Positions 32,335 to 44,539 of a stretch of DNA of 64,000 nucleotides are shown in pieces. Each line of letters opens with the position of its first letter. Within the stretch, counting starts at the first letter, position 1. The notes below the pieces were generated by a model. That model searched no databases. It saw only the letters and a list, made by a program, of their open reading frames with translations, and was not told the origin of the DNA. The DNA lies in contig NC_058368.1 of assembly GCF_018350175.1 (NCBI RefSeq), positions 192,636,001-192,700,000 of the forward strand, read 5' to 3'. The stretch comes from Felis catus (taxonomy: Eukaryota). Made by a program: the position numbers and the translations under genes.

Positions 32335-33660
32335 TTTTCTGTAATGATAGAAAATGTTAAACATTGAGATCCAGGGAACAGTATTGACCACACCCCTTCC
32401 AATCACCCAGCTTCGACAATTACCAACTCATGGTGAATCTTGTTACAGCTTTACCCCCCATCACAACCCCCCACCTCAACGTTATTCTGAAGCAAATTAC
32501 AGACATCATATCATCTCAGGTGCAAATACTTCACCGAAGTGCCATTATAACAATAAAAAGTTATTGCAAAGTCCTCAAGGTCATCAAGTAAGAAGAGTTC
32601 AAGTGTTCTTAAATTGCTTTGTAAGTTTCTTTTCACAGTCTGTTTCAATCAGGATCCAAACCAGGTTCACTATTGTATTGAGTTAATAAGCGTTTTTTCC
32701 AGCAGCTTTACTGGAGAATAACTGGCATACAATTAACCATACACATTTAAAGTACATAATTTGATATGTTTTGACTCAATTTAATTTTAATTTGACTTGT
32801 TTTAATTTCTGATTCTTCATTATTCACGTATAGAAATACAATTGGTTTTCGTATCTCATAACTTTGATAAGTTCATTTATTAATTCTGGTAGTTTCTCTG
32901 TAGAGTCAATAGAATTTTCCACAAAGGTGATCCTACAGTCTACAAATAAAGATGATCGTATAGTCTACAAATTATTTTCCTTCTTCACCCATCTGCATGA
33001 CTTTTCTTTTTCTTGCCACAGGTTAGTACAGTGTCAAATAGAAACAGTAAGGTCAGAATCCCTGTATTATCCCTGATAATTAGGGGTAAAACATTCAGAT
33101 TTTTACCATTAAGTTTGATGTTAGCTGCGGGTTTTCTATAGATGACCTTGATCAAGTTGAGGAAGTTCCCTTATTCCTGGTTTGCGACCGTTTTTATCAG
33201 GAATGAATGTTGGATTTTGTCAAATGCTTTTTCTGGGTATAAGGTGATTATGTGGTTTTTCTTTTTCAGTTAGCACGGTGAGTCTATTGATTACTTTTCT
33301 AATATTCAACCAATCATGCATCCCTCAGATAAATTACACTTAGTCACGATGTATTATCCTTTTTACACACTGCTGGATGGGATTTTCTAAAATTCTGTTT
33401 AGAATTTTTGCACCTATGTTCACCAGGGATACTGGTCTGTAATTTTCGTATATGGGTCAGTCTGGTTTTGCTACGAAGGTAATGCTGGCCTCACAAAATA
33501 AGTTGGCGAGTACTCCCTCCTTTTCTGGAAAAGTTTTTGTAGAGTTGGTAACATTGCTTAAGTGTTTGGTAGGAATCACCGATGAATCTATCTGGGCCTG
33601 GGGTTTTCTTTGAGGGAAGGTTTACAACGGCAATGTCCGTCTCTTTAATAGAACCCTCTG
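32335..33660 (-). mobile_element. Fragmented ancient L1 (L1MC/L1ME-like 3' UTR piece and ORF2 pieces)
   Basis: ORF2-like remnant NLPSKKTPGPDRFIGDSYQTLK; text gaatgaatgttggattttgtcaaatgcttttt; 3' UTR-like atcacccagcttcgacaattaccaac. Confidence 0.7.
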
Positions 33661-34469
33661 TTGTCTGCTCTCTTGAAAAGAGTGTTTCACGCATTTTCTG
33701 TTTTTCAGTTGTTCCTGGCAGGAGAGTAAATCCAGTCCCTGTTACCCTACTCCATGTTGGCCAGGAGTGGACCCCATGGTGGCAAAGGAGTGGTTGTGCC
33801 AGCTACTGCTTCCTGATTATCTCCCGGGTCTTCTGCATTTTAGACTCACATTTCTCCCTTTTCAGGCTCACGAGAGCTTTCTGCTCAGGGTGTCTGAGAG
33901 CCCTAGGGAATATCGATCCCACAGGGGCAAATGGGCTGCCATGCTTCCCATTTCAGAGGGTGGAGGCTGGCACAGCCAGGCAGCCAGACATCATTTTGTT
34001 CCTTGTTCGAGTGAATCTTCAGGCATTAGTGTGGACTCTGCCACACAGTGAGGCTATCCCAGGTCGAGCTCTCCAGGCACGTTCTCCCAGGCCCTGTGCT
34101 CTTCCTGGTCTCTTTTGGGGTTCTCCTTCGTGGGGTGGGTGTGGGGAGCGGCCACACGCTGCCCTGAAGAATTCAGGAGAATCGGTGAAGGAGGGCCACT
34201 TCTAATAACTGTTACCAAGGGAGGAGAGGGAGCAAGGACTTCAGAGGGAGGGGCAGACACTGTCAGGCCGGGCACTGGGCCCATCTGAGAGGCAGTGCTG
34301 TTCCTTCGCAGTGAGCGTGCCACTCACCCCTTCTGAGCTCTGTTTTTGCAGAGGCCCCGCAATATGGGCTTCTATCAGTGTGCACTTCCAAAATGTCAGA
34401 AAACCCACAGGAAGGAGACTATAAAAATGTTCCCTCGAACCAAGAGTCAGTGGAGGTGGGATGCGATGT

Positions 34470-35015
34470 GATTTTAGGGTTAACCGTTGGTGCTGGGGGG
34501 ATCACGGCAGTTAAATGCAGTTTCTTGAGGGTGGTGGCTTTTTCTGCACCGCTGGCCTGTAGCCTTCATTCTTCTGATAACACCGCTTGGGCACGATCCC
34601 CTGGGGAACCCACTCTCCTCATTCGTCTCCCCGTCCTTCAGGTGAGGCTGACCACACCACAGGCTCCAGGAGTGGGCATGTGACGTGGGGCTTGATCAAC
34701 ACGAGGACTGTATCACATCCCCTATTGTAACTGGCTCAGGAAAGCCAATATGTGAGCACCCCCATGGCTTCTCCAGAACTCTGGAAAGGGACATGCCTTT
34801 TCACTGGCGGGTTGGAAGCCTTTGCTGCTGGTGGTCATATCTGCCACCATATGGGAAGAGCCGGATGAAGGATGAGGCCAACAGAAAGGAAGAAGAGTTG
34901 AGACCCTGGAGATCTCCTGATGACATCATTTAAGCTCTTCAACGGCATACATGAGCCAATATATTATTCTTTTTGTTGAAGGCCATTTGGGGTGTCTGTC
35001 ATTTGCCAACAGACC
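34470..35015 (+). mobile_element. ERVL-MaLR solo LTR (MLT1 family, subfamily uncertain)
   Basis: gtggtcatatctgccaccatatggg...ggatgaggccaacaga...cctgatgacatcatttaagc...tctgtcatttgccaac. Confidence 0.6.
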
Positions 35016-35215
35016 CGATTGATGATTTTATTGCAATGTGAAGGATTCCTCTTTCTAAGGTGTTCAGAAAACTCTTATAACTCATCCCCTGGGCTAGCTT
35101 TTGTGACTCGTCACTGACCCTTGGCGTCTCTCTCCCTGCCCTGACCATGTGAGCATTCCAGGCCACAGATGGCCCAGGAAAACCTGGCCGCCAGTCCCTG
35201 AGAAGTGGCCCTTAC

Positions 35216-35332
35216 CTGCATGTTGTTCCAGGCAGCCTCCCCACGGCCCCGGACACAGCTCTCCAGCCTCAGCGGGGAGCCCAGGGCCCCATGCTTCGTG
35301 TCAGCACACAGCCCTGTGCCCACGTTGCGAAT
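35216..35332 (-). CDS. GALNT10: GALNT10 coding exon (human exon 10); ricin-B lectin alpha repeat
   Basis: Acceptor tctctttcag|ATT, donor CAG|GTAAGG. 117 nt. Translates IRNVGTGLCADTKHGALGSPLRLESCVRGRGEAAWNNMQ. Confidence 0.97.
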
Positions 35333-36639
35333 CTGAAAGAGACAGAAGGAAAGAGTGGACTAATGAGGCACCTTGAGATAGTCCCCTGGGACCCCGCCGG
35401 GATGGAAGGAGGGAACCCAGCAGAGACATCGGATGGAGGAAGCTCTGCATTATCTTAATGAAGCTTGCCCTGGGTTGGTGGACGTGCCTTGCGCTTCTCA
35501 GTACAGGAATACTCAGTCCTCAGAGAGGAGCTCCTCCAAAGCCAGCTTTGTCCTAGAGCATGCAAAGTCACAGGGTGGCAGTGGGGACCTGGAAGTTGAG
35601 GGGGGTTGGTATTCAGAGGACTCTCTGGCTCCATTCCTGGAGAATCTAATCCAACAGTTCCAGGAATGGAATTTTACTCCCATTCCAGGAGACGCAGGGA
35701 CCATATCTTGAAAGCCACCCTAGAAAAGGACGGGGCATCTTTGCTGTGGGGTCTTGGCCTTAAAGAGCAGGTGAATGGCAAGAGGTTCTCGATCCAAAAA
35801 ACAAGAGTTTCAGTAAGACAGGGTGGGTGTGGTGAGAGGAGCACTGGGCTGGAGCAGAAGGCCTCACTGCTCACGGTTGGTCAGCACTCACTACCTGAAG
35901 GCCACCATGCCGTGTAGGTGCATCGTGTAGTTCCTGCCTCACAGAATCACTCCTATCTTGACTGAGGGGTTGGGTTGGAGGTGTGGTGGCCATGAAAATG
36001 TGCTCCTCAGTTGCCCTGCTGCAGGGAGTCTGACTGCCCGGCCGCTCTGTCCGGAATCCACTGTGTCTGAGTGGAGGCCGTGCTTCCCATGGGCTGCTTC
36101 CAGCCAGCGACGGAGCGGGGGAGGGGGACTGTGGAGGCCCATTCCAGGGAGATGCTGACTTCTCTGGTAGGAGACTTGGCTTGAAGACTGCTCAGTCACT
36201 TGGCTCAAGAGCATGCTTGCAGTGTGGGACTCCTCCTACGGCAGCCCTTCTTCCTCCCCTTTCCCATTCCCAGCGGGCAGACCAGCCCCACAGCAGATCT
36301 CCCAGCCTCTCCTGGCTCCCTTCTCGTTCCTTCTCTCAGGGATTCCCCCAACAAGTCTCTTGGTGTCTGCTTCTCGGAAGACTGGCCCTAATACAGGGGA
36401 AAAAGCCAATAAACTGGCAAAGAAATGAAGAGCTTCATGAGGGAAGTCAGCACGACACCTCCTCTACAGTATCTATGCTGGTGTTAGATGGGATGGGCCA
36501 GACAGCTTAGTCAGGAAAGGCCCCTCTAACTTGCTGTATGAATTTGAACAAGCCATACCTGGTGTTTCTGTTGGCTCAAACCCCTCACTCCTTCCTCTGG
36601 TAACAGCACCCTGATTTTCTATGGGACTACCGCCCTCTC

Positions 36640-37010
36640 CCCACTCTGTGGCCTGCTAGAGTATCTGTCCACCCCTGCTTTCCCCCTTCCTCCCGTGGCC
36701 ACAGTGATTGGTGCAGACCTAAGAATCAGACTTGATTCCTGGAGCTGTGCTGGCTTTACTGGGAAGGAGGCATATACTTTCTGTTGCTGGGCCAGCTTCA
36801 AGCTTCTGGAAACCATCTTGCTACCCTCAGCATGAGGCTAACAGAAATGGCAGCAGAGGTAAACAGGAGAAAAAGCAACTGACATCATTTGAGCCCCTGG
36901 ATCCACGTGTCTGAAGCCACAGCTACCCAACGTTTCTATGAGATTCACTACATTTCTCTTTTCACTTCAAACTGGACTTCTGTCACCTGCAAGGAAGGAG
37001 ATCTAACCCT
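36640..37010 (+). mobile_element. ERVL-MaLR LTR remnant (MLT1 family)
   Basis: gacatcatttgagcccctggatccacgtgtctgaagcc...ttctgtcacctgcaa. Confidence 0.55.
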
Positions 37011-37247
37011 TATGCTCCTTGTCCCCCAGCCCCGGTATGTCCATCTATAAATGAGTGGTCCTCTCAGCTCAGACACCAGGAGCCAGAGTCTGGTGACAGA
37101 ATGCTTCTTCTGCTAGAAGATGGTCTGCCTCCCCCAGCAGGACGGGCTTGAGGAGTGTGACACAGGCAGCGGCCCCAGGCCCCTCACTCAGAAGGGGCTG
37201 TCATTGGTTTAAAGCTCTGCTGTCGTGGTCTTAAAAGTTTTAATAAT

Positions 37248-37638
37248 AGTGTTGCTGTAAACATTGGGGTACATGTGTCCCTTCAAATCAGCATTTTTTA
37301 TCCTTTGGATAAATATATAGTAGTGCTACTGCTGGGTCGGTAAGGTAGTTCTATTTTTAATTTTTTTGAGGAACCTCCATACTGTTTTCCAGACTGGCTG
37401 AACCAGTTTGCATTCCCATTAACAGTGCAAAAGACTTCCCTTTTCTCCACATCCTTGCCAATACCTGTTGTTTCCTGGGTTGTTAATCTGAGCCACCGGG
37501 ACAGGTGTGAGGTGGTATTTCATTGTGGTTTTGATTTGTATTTCCCTGATGATGAGTGACGTTGAGCATCTTTTCACGTGCCAGCCAAATTATGGAAACA
37601 GCTCAAGTGTTCGACTGATGAATGGATAAAGAAGATGT

Positions 37639-37693
<55 letters not shown>

Positions 37694-38120
37694 GAATACT
37701 ACTTGGCAATGAAAAACGAAATCTTGCCATTTGCAACAACGTGGATGGAACTGGAGGGTATTATGCTAAGTGAAATGAGTCAGTCAGAGAAAGACGGATC
37801 TCATAGGGTTTCACTCATGTAGAATTCAAGAAACTCATCAGATGAACATAGGAGGAGGGAAGGAAAAATAAAATAAAAACACAGAGAGAGGCAAATCATA
37901 AGAGACTCTTAAATATAGAGAACAAACTGAGAGTTGCTGGACGGGAGGTGGATAGTGGGATGGGCTAAATGGGTGACGGGCATTAAGGAGGGCACTTGTT
38001 GGGATGAGCACTGGGTGTTATATGTAAGTGGTGAATCACTAAATTCTACTCCTGAAATTATTATTACACTATATGTTAACTAACTTGGATTTAAGTTAAA
38101 AAAAAATTTTTTTTAAATAA
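37248..38120 (+). mobile_element. Carnivore L1 3' end with 5' inversion (twin priming): 37248-37582 inverted, 37583-38106 forward
   Basis: The inverted part matches the minus-strand L1 at ~17430-17760 in the same plus-strand reading. The forward part starts agccaaattatggaaac and runs to the A tail. Degenerate TSD ending AATAAT. Confidence 0.88.
37643..37688. repeat. (TA)n microsatellite inside L1
   Basis: About 23 perfect TA units. Confidence 0.97.
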
Positions 38121-38564
38121 TTTTATCTTTGAACTTGTCAGTGGAATCTGATAGGACAAGGGAGCATGCATGTGAGCAGAGGTGATAACACGGTACACGG
38201 GCATTCGCTGTACCTTCTGTGATGCCCCAGAAGCACAGAATCCCTGGGGTCCTGCGTGCATGGGAGTTCAGCAAGACTCAAGTTACAGCTAAGACTAAGT
38301 GGTGTGCTGGCATGTCTGAAGGCCGTGTTTTCCGACCAGAACTTGACTGCACAAAGAAGGCCGAGGTATTCAGAGACACAGGAAGAGCCAGGGAGCTCTA
38401 ATAGCCTCTTGCATTACTTCCCTGGACCTGCAGACCACTTTCCTTACCAGCGGAAGATAACACAGAAGGAAGGGAAGAAGAGGGCAACCCCCAGTTTTTC
38501 TTTCTGCTCTTCCTCACGCATCAGCAAGCCACAGGTAGAGTGGGTTTAGAAAGTATGTATTATC

Positions 38565-38740
38565 GGGGTACCTAGGTGGTTCAGCTGGTTAAGCAACTGA
38601 CTCCTGGCTTTGGCTCAGGTCATGATCTCATGGTTCGTGAGTTCAAGTCCCACAATGAGCTCCACACTGGAAGCACAGAGCCTGCTTGGGATTCTCTCTC
38701 TCTCTCTCTCTCTCTCACAATAAATTTAAAAAAATAAAAT
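38565..38740 (+). mobile_element. Can-SINE inside the MER45-like element
   Basis: TSD AAAGTATG(T/C)ATTA at 38550-38562 and 38741-38753. Confidence 0.92.
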
Positions 38741-39132
38741 AAAGTATGCATTAGCAACAAGTGAAATAAAATCAGCTGAATTAGCTTTGTGCTGTGTTTG
38801 CACCGTTCTGGTAAGAAATACATATGCACGTACAAGGGTTGAAATACAGATTGTGAAATTTCACCCATCTGGCACATGAGCTAAATGCTCTTCTATTTGC
38901 ATTTAAAACTCACACTGCATAATATGAAGCTGAATGGTAAAATTTATGCTAATATTAAAGTTTTAATTTTTCTCTACTTAGAACATTAAGTAGCATATAA
39001 AAAACCACCACAAGGCTAGAGAGACTCAAGAAAGAAACATGTTTTGTATTTCATGCCTTAATTGGCACTCTTTGCCTGTCTTGTGAACAGGGGTTCCGCG
39101 TTTGCATTTTGCACCGGGCCCTTCAGACTCAC

Positions 39133-39354
39133 CTCTCCCCAAGCTGCCGCCGGGGGCTCCACCGGCGGGTAAAATTTGGGGAGGTCCCACGCGATCTTGG
39201 TCATAAACCACTTGAAACTCTTGCAGTTAAGGGAGCTGCGGAGCTTCTTCTGGGCAGCGACGTCCCCAGCAGACAGGTGGCGGTACTCTGGCCGGCGTTG
39301 GTAAATGTGCTCGGCGTATTCGTCCATCCACACCTCGGCTACTCGCTTCAGGTT
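39133..39354 (-). CDS. GALNT10: GALNT10 coding exon (human exon 9); end of catalytic domain and linker
   Basis: Acceptor cgccctccag|AAC, donor GAG|GTGAGT. 222 nt. Translates [74 protein letters not shown]. Confidence 0.97.
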
Positions 39355-39639
39355 CTGGAGGGCGACAGGGAGGTGGAAGGGTCAGGCCCTCCGAGGGGCT
39401 GAGGCCAGGGGCGGGGAGGGGGGGCTGGGGGCAAGGATCCTGGAAGTTGAGGTTCATCTTTCTTATTTTGTGTTGCATCAAAGACCCTAGCCCACCATGT
39501 TTTTAAAGCCTTCTATATTTATTTATGCACGTTTTAAGGACTCTACAACTTCCGGCTAAGAGATGGCTGTTGTTTTACCTGTGCATCTTCCACCCCCTTT
39601 TTCTAGCTGTAGCCTCCCTCCTCTGCTTCTGTCCTCTCT

Positions 39640-40050
39640 CTCAAGTGGCTTCAGGAAAGGTACATGAACCAGCCCCGCTAATGGGAACCAGCCCTGACTC
39701 TAGGGATTGGTCAGCGAGCACGTGACTCACGCCAAGCCAATCAGAATCAATGACATTAGCATGGCGATTTCACTGGAACTATTGGGGAGAATTGCTCTTT
39801 CCACTTGCATTCATTGCTGGGTAAGCTAGAGGCCAGAGCTGCTGGGTCATATGGAAAACCTGACCAAGGCTGAATGAATGAAACAGAACTGACGGCTGGA
39901 CGAGGAACACGTTCCTTTTAGTACCTGAATCCAGCCATACCTGAAGTGAGCACTATCTTGGGACTTTCTATTAACATAAGTCAGTGAATTCTCTTTCTGC
40001 TTATGCCAGTTTGAGTGGGGTTTCTGTCATTTTCTATTAAGAGTGCTGAC
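39640..40050 (+). mobile_element. ERVL-MaLR LTR remnant (MLT1 family)
   Basis: gattggtcagcgagcacgtgactcacgccaagccaatcaga...cctgaatccagccatacctgaag...ccagtttgagtggggtttctgtcattt. Confidence 0.65.
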
Positions 40051-40611
40051 CAAGTACCCTGGTTGAAAACAATAATTTGCAACCAAAAGCTGTAATTCCA
40101 CCAGCAGCTGGAATTTTAAAAAATCCTTTGAGGTGCAAAGCTTGCTGCTTCTTTGAATATGAAGCACAGGGATGATCGATATAAAAATGGCAACCACATT
40201 ACTGGCAAGTAGAGGCAGCAGTCAGGAAAACAACCTGTTTGTGAGCAGACTTGGAGATAGAGGGAAAGTGAATTCTTCTGTGTAACTGGGATGAAAATTC
40301 CTTATTTCATCTGCAGTTGTAGACACCACCTGCTGAGAACTTCAGACAGCTGGTTCCAGAAGAGCACAGCTTCAGTGTTCAGGGGGAAATTCTCTGCTCC
40401 AAAATATCTTTCTCCAACCCCTGACTGTTGCCAGAAATCTGCCCTTCACCCCCAACATTTAACTCTACAGGCTTTTTTGCTATCATAAAGGATTTTCTCC
40501 CTATTGCAATCCAAATTTTCTTCTGAAGGGGAAAAGGGAGTTAGTATTTTAAACTGTTATCAGTCATTCACACCTCAGTGTGAATGACTGCTCTAGAAGC
40601 AGAAGATAAGG

Positions 40612-40888
40612 CAGGGGTGGACAACTATTTTGTGTAAAGGGTCAGATCGCAAATATTTTGGGCTTTGCAGACCATATGGTTTTAACTCTGAGGTGGTGGA
40701 AAAGGAGCCCTAGATAGACATTATGTAAATGAATGGGTGTGGTTGTGTTCCAATAAAACTTTATGGACTGAAATTTGATTTTCATGTATCACAAAATATT
40801 CTTCTTTCATTTTTTCACCCTAACTACTTAAAAATGTAAAAACCATTCTTAGTGCACAGGCCACATGAAAGCAGTTTGCTGACTCCTG
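40612..40888 (+). mobile_element. MER58B-like (hAT-Charlie) DNA transposon
   Basis: TIR-like ends caggggtggacaact / agtttgctgactcctg; internal ggttgtgttccaataaaactttat. Confidence 0.8.
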
Positions 40889-42324
40889 AGCAAGGAGGAA
40901 AGAAGCCATCAGGAGGGGGCCCCATGCCAACGACAAAAGTTTTCACTCACTCTTCAATTTTGCTGACTCTGAGTTTGGGACTAGGAAGCTATGGAATTTC
41001 CTTGCTGCTATCAGCCTCATTCTTTCTGAGTGCTGAAGAGACTGACAGTAGGTTAGAAAACAATTAAGGAACGTATTAAACAATTAAGGAACAATACCAG
41101 GCCCCTGCAAGGCAAAGGCTGGGCTTAATTTAAATCTGTGCCCTGAGGAAGCTGAAAACCGAAAAAGGCTTGCACACCCAAAGTCTCTCCGTTTCCCAGG
41201 CGGCCCACCTAGGTCCTTCAGCACACTAATTTGCTCATGCCACAGGGATGGTGAGGAATTGTGGCTTCACTCCTCTCTGGCTGTTTGTCCTGGAATCTGT
41301 ACAACTTGAGTAAGACTTTGGTTTCCCTCTTTATGTAGCTCTTTTAGGGCTTTTAACCGACCTCTCCTTGAATCTATCAAAATGATCTTCTAGTAGATAA
41401 TGCTCTAGAAGGATTTGGCTGTTAAAACACTAAGCAAACTTGTGATTTGCTTTATGATTTAATGTATGATCTGCAACTCAAATATGATCTGCAACTCAAG
41501 GAGGGTGGTAGTTAGATACTTGGACACAAATTCAGGGGAGCCTGATTCAGGCATCTTTGTGGTCCTGCATATGTATGTGGGGTGCCCCTCATATCATTCA
41601 TTAGCTGGTTTAAAGTCGACAGGAGACTGAAACAGTACAGACAGGTGAAAAAGAAGTTAAAATGTTTCAACCCAGAATTTAGAGAAGAGGCTGAAAGAAA
41701 CTTTGCAGTCTTGTTAAGAGATGCTGATACCAAGATGAACAGCTGTCACTGTTTAAGCAACAACTGCTCTGTGTGCCAGGCACGGGTCAGACCTAAGTGG
41801 GTTTGAATTCTGGCTCTAGTTAGTTAATGTCTCTACATTTCACTTATCTCATCGCTCCAGTGGGGATTAAAAACAAGTGAAAATTAAGTGAGACATGTAT
41901 GGAAGATGCTTCGCCTGACGTCTAGCCCACAGGAAACTTTTATGTGTTACTACAGTTAGCTGTTATTCACTGAATTCATCTGTGGTTCGGTAAAGAGGAG
42001 GTGGGTGGTGCCTTTTTACGAGGCAGGTCTTATAAATGAGTGGATAAGAAAAGGATGCTTCGGGAATAGTCCTGCTCAGGGGTCAGAGGTGTCCCCATGG
42101 TCCCACCACTCCTAGTAGCTGGGAGTCGCACTCTTGGGCTTACTGACTGACGTTGTTCTGTTTTCCTGCCTGGCACCTTCCTCTGGGATTGCCAATGGGA
42201 TCTCAAAAGAAATGGGATTCCTACCTCTCCAGCTGAATCTAAAACCGCCCTCCCAACCTATCCGGGTGGGATGGGCTGTGTCCTAAGCGCGGATGGCAGA
42301 TGTGGCTGTCCTTAGACTCTTACA

Positions 42325-42340
42325 CCACTAGAGGGCACTG
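42325..42340 (+). promoter_or_regulatory. CTCF consensus site in the GALNT10 intron between exons 8 and 9
   Basis: Plus strand CCACTAGAGGGCACTG, a full match to the core. Confidence 0.7.
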
Positions 42341-43559
42341 CTGGCTCTCTTTTTCTTCAACACCGGCGGCAAAGCAGCCCCTGGAGCTCAGCTCCCACCT
42401 GGGGAGACCCACTGCCTCGTTAAGCCGGCTGGTCTTCCTTGTACTTCGCAGGACAAAGGCTCTTCCTGACCCAGAGCCTGAAGTTCTGCATGTCATCAGG
42501 TGATGAGGGAGGGGGAGGCGGTGGCCAGGGCAGAGGGAAGCTGTATGGACTGATGCCAAACAGGCTTGCAAAGGGGTCTCTGTCCAAAGGGGGTCTCCAC
42601 GAGGCAAAGCTGTGCCAGTTACCGAGTTACCTTTCCAGCTTCCCCCAGACCTCCCTGCGGCCCTCTTTCCTTTCTGGGCATCCCCACCCACCCCATTTTT
42701 CCTTTGTAGTAACCTTGTTTTTTTTTTTTTTTTTTCAAGACACTTAATATTTTAAAATTTGAGGCTCAGTGGAATATCATTAATACAAAAAACAACCCCC
42801 AAAACAAATCTCTGGCTAACATTTCTATTTGTAGCCAGTGGCCATTTAATTTAAGCAGCGATTAATACAAACCATTTTAAGCTAATGAAATAGTTTGACA
42901 CACAGACTTTTTGGCAATGTTAGTGGGGAGGGGGTGGGGAGAAGAGCAAGATACTTACATTTATTAACCACCCTCATGCCTGGAACTTTTAAGTACTTTG
43001 TCTCAGGCTTTCTCAGTGTCTCACACTGCTCCACCTGCACGAACATTTATCTAACAGGCTTCTTTAAATCACTTCTGGTCTGACTTTGCACCTATGTTAG
43101 CTTTATCCTAATAATACCTGTGAAATCACAAGTCTGCTAACACTAATACATCTTAACTTCTAAAGCACATTAATTTAAACGCATGCAAATAAAAATGTTC
43201 CTATGTCTGCCACCTAAAATCATCTTGTCTGTCACACTTGGAGTAACTATGCTATCTCCCTGACTCTCCTGGCAATGCTAAGAGTCGCCAACAAATTAGC
43301 TTCTTTTTAAGTAAAAGAGAAAACACAGGCTCAGAGGAGTTAAGCAACCCTCTAAAGGTCACAGCTCCTAAGTGTTTAAGCAGGGGTTTAAGTAAGTTCT
43401 CTTAAACTGGATTTCACCTGGAGAGTTGGGGAAGGGGGTGCACATCCTCCCCCGCCCCGAGGCACTTGGCTTGGAGTTCCCAGGTGTCTCAGGATGCCTC
43501 TGCTCTGCTGATGAGCATAGCCCCTCACCCCGTCCCCATCCAGGGAGCCATCACCTTAC

Positions 43560-43667
43560 CCGGGCCAGGCTGACTCCAGCGGGGACTTTGTAGGGTACAT
43601 ATTTCCTGTAGATATGGCCCACCCTGGAGCAGGGAATGTCCTCCATCCGGCCCCCACACATCCACAC
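43560..43667 (-). CDS. GALNT10: GALNT10 coding exon (human exon 8), including the metal-coordinating His of [10 protein letters not shown]
   Basis: Acceptor cccaccctgcag|GTG, donor CGG|GTAAGG. 108 nt. Translates [36 protein letters not shown]. Confidence 0.97.
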
Positions 43668-43839
43668 CTGCAGGGTGGGAAGGGAGAAAGAAGATGGTAT
43701 TTCTGCCTCTCATTCACCACCCCCTCAAAGGTCACTGCCCCCTCCTCCAAGACATTCACTGGAAGCATCAGCTTGGGACTATTAAAGCCCCCATTCACAG
43801 AGCGAGGAAAACACAGTAATAACCACAGCAGTTTTCAAT

Positions 43840-44080
43840 AGTTGACGGCATTGAGCGCCTCCTCGTTGCCAAGCAGTCTGCTGCAAGCCCCCCGTGCACA
43901 ACTGCATTTAAGCCTTGTCAGAAGACCAAAGAAGTGGGTAGTAATGGAGCTCCATTTTACAGATGAAGAAACGGAGGCTCAGAGAAGCTAAGAAGCTTGT
44001 CTGAGGTCACAGGGTTAGTGAGTGGTGGAACTAGAATTTAAACCTGGCTTTAGCGGACTCCAGAGTCTGGGCTCCGAACA
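43840..44080 (-). mobile_element. MIR SINE
   Basis: ccattttacagatgaagaaacggaggctcagagaag...aggtcacagggttagtgagtggtggaactagaatttaaacc. Confidence 0.8.
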
Positions 44081-44539
44081 AGTGCAGGTGTGGGGAGAGC
44101 TGTGTTGAGAATTCTAGGCAGCAAAGGGCGGCTCAGCGGGAAGGACTATGGTGATCGCCTTGGTAACGTCTACCACAGGTACGAGAGGGGAAGAGATAGC
44201 ACCTAGGCTCTGTATATTTACCAACTGTGGTACCAGGTTCTGGAGTTTCCTCTGAGATCTACAAGCCTCTTGCTGGGTCACCCTGAGCAGAGGCAGCAGG
44301 CTCCCTGCCCTGACTTCTCTGCAGTCTGGCTTACTAAGCCACACAGCTGGCTATCACCGTAGAGAGGAATTCCAAGTTTCTCCTTGTGTTTCCCTACATT
44401 CCTGGTGTCACAAAGAGCTCCTGAGTTTGACTGCATGTGGTCTGATGGCAATGTGGGAAATCTCCGGAAGTACAATCCATGCTGACGCATATCCACTAAG
44501 GGGCCTGGCCTAGACAGACCGTCCTCAGCAGTCCTGGGG

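Larger units (their letters stand above)
37138..39122 (+). mobile_element. MER45B/R-like hAT-Tip100 DNA transposon, interrupted by an L1 (37248-38120) and a SINE (38565-38740)
   Basis: Left end caggacgggcttg...ctcagaagggg...tggtttaaagctctgctgtcg. Continues after the L1 as tttatctttgaact. Right end tgaacaggggttccgcgtttgcattttgcaccgggccc. Matches recalled MER45 termini. Confidence 0.7.
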
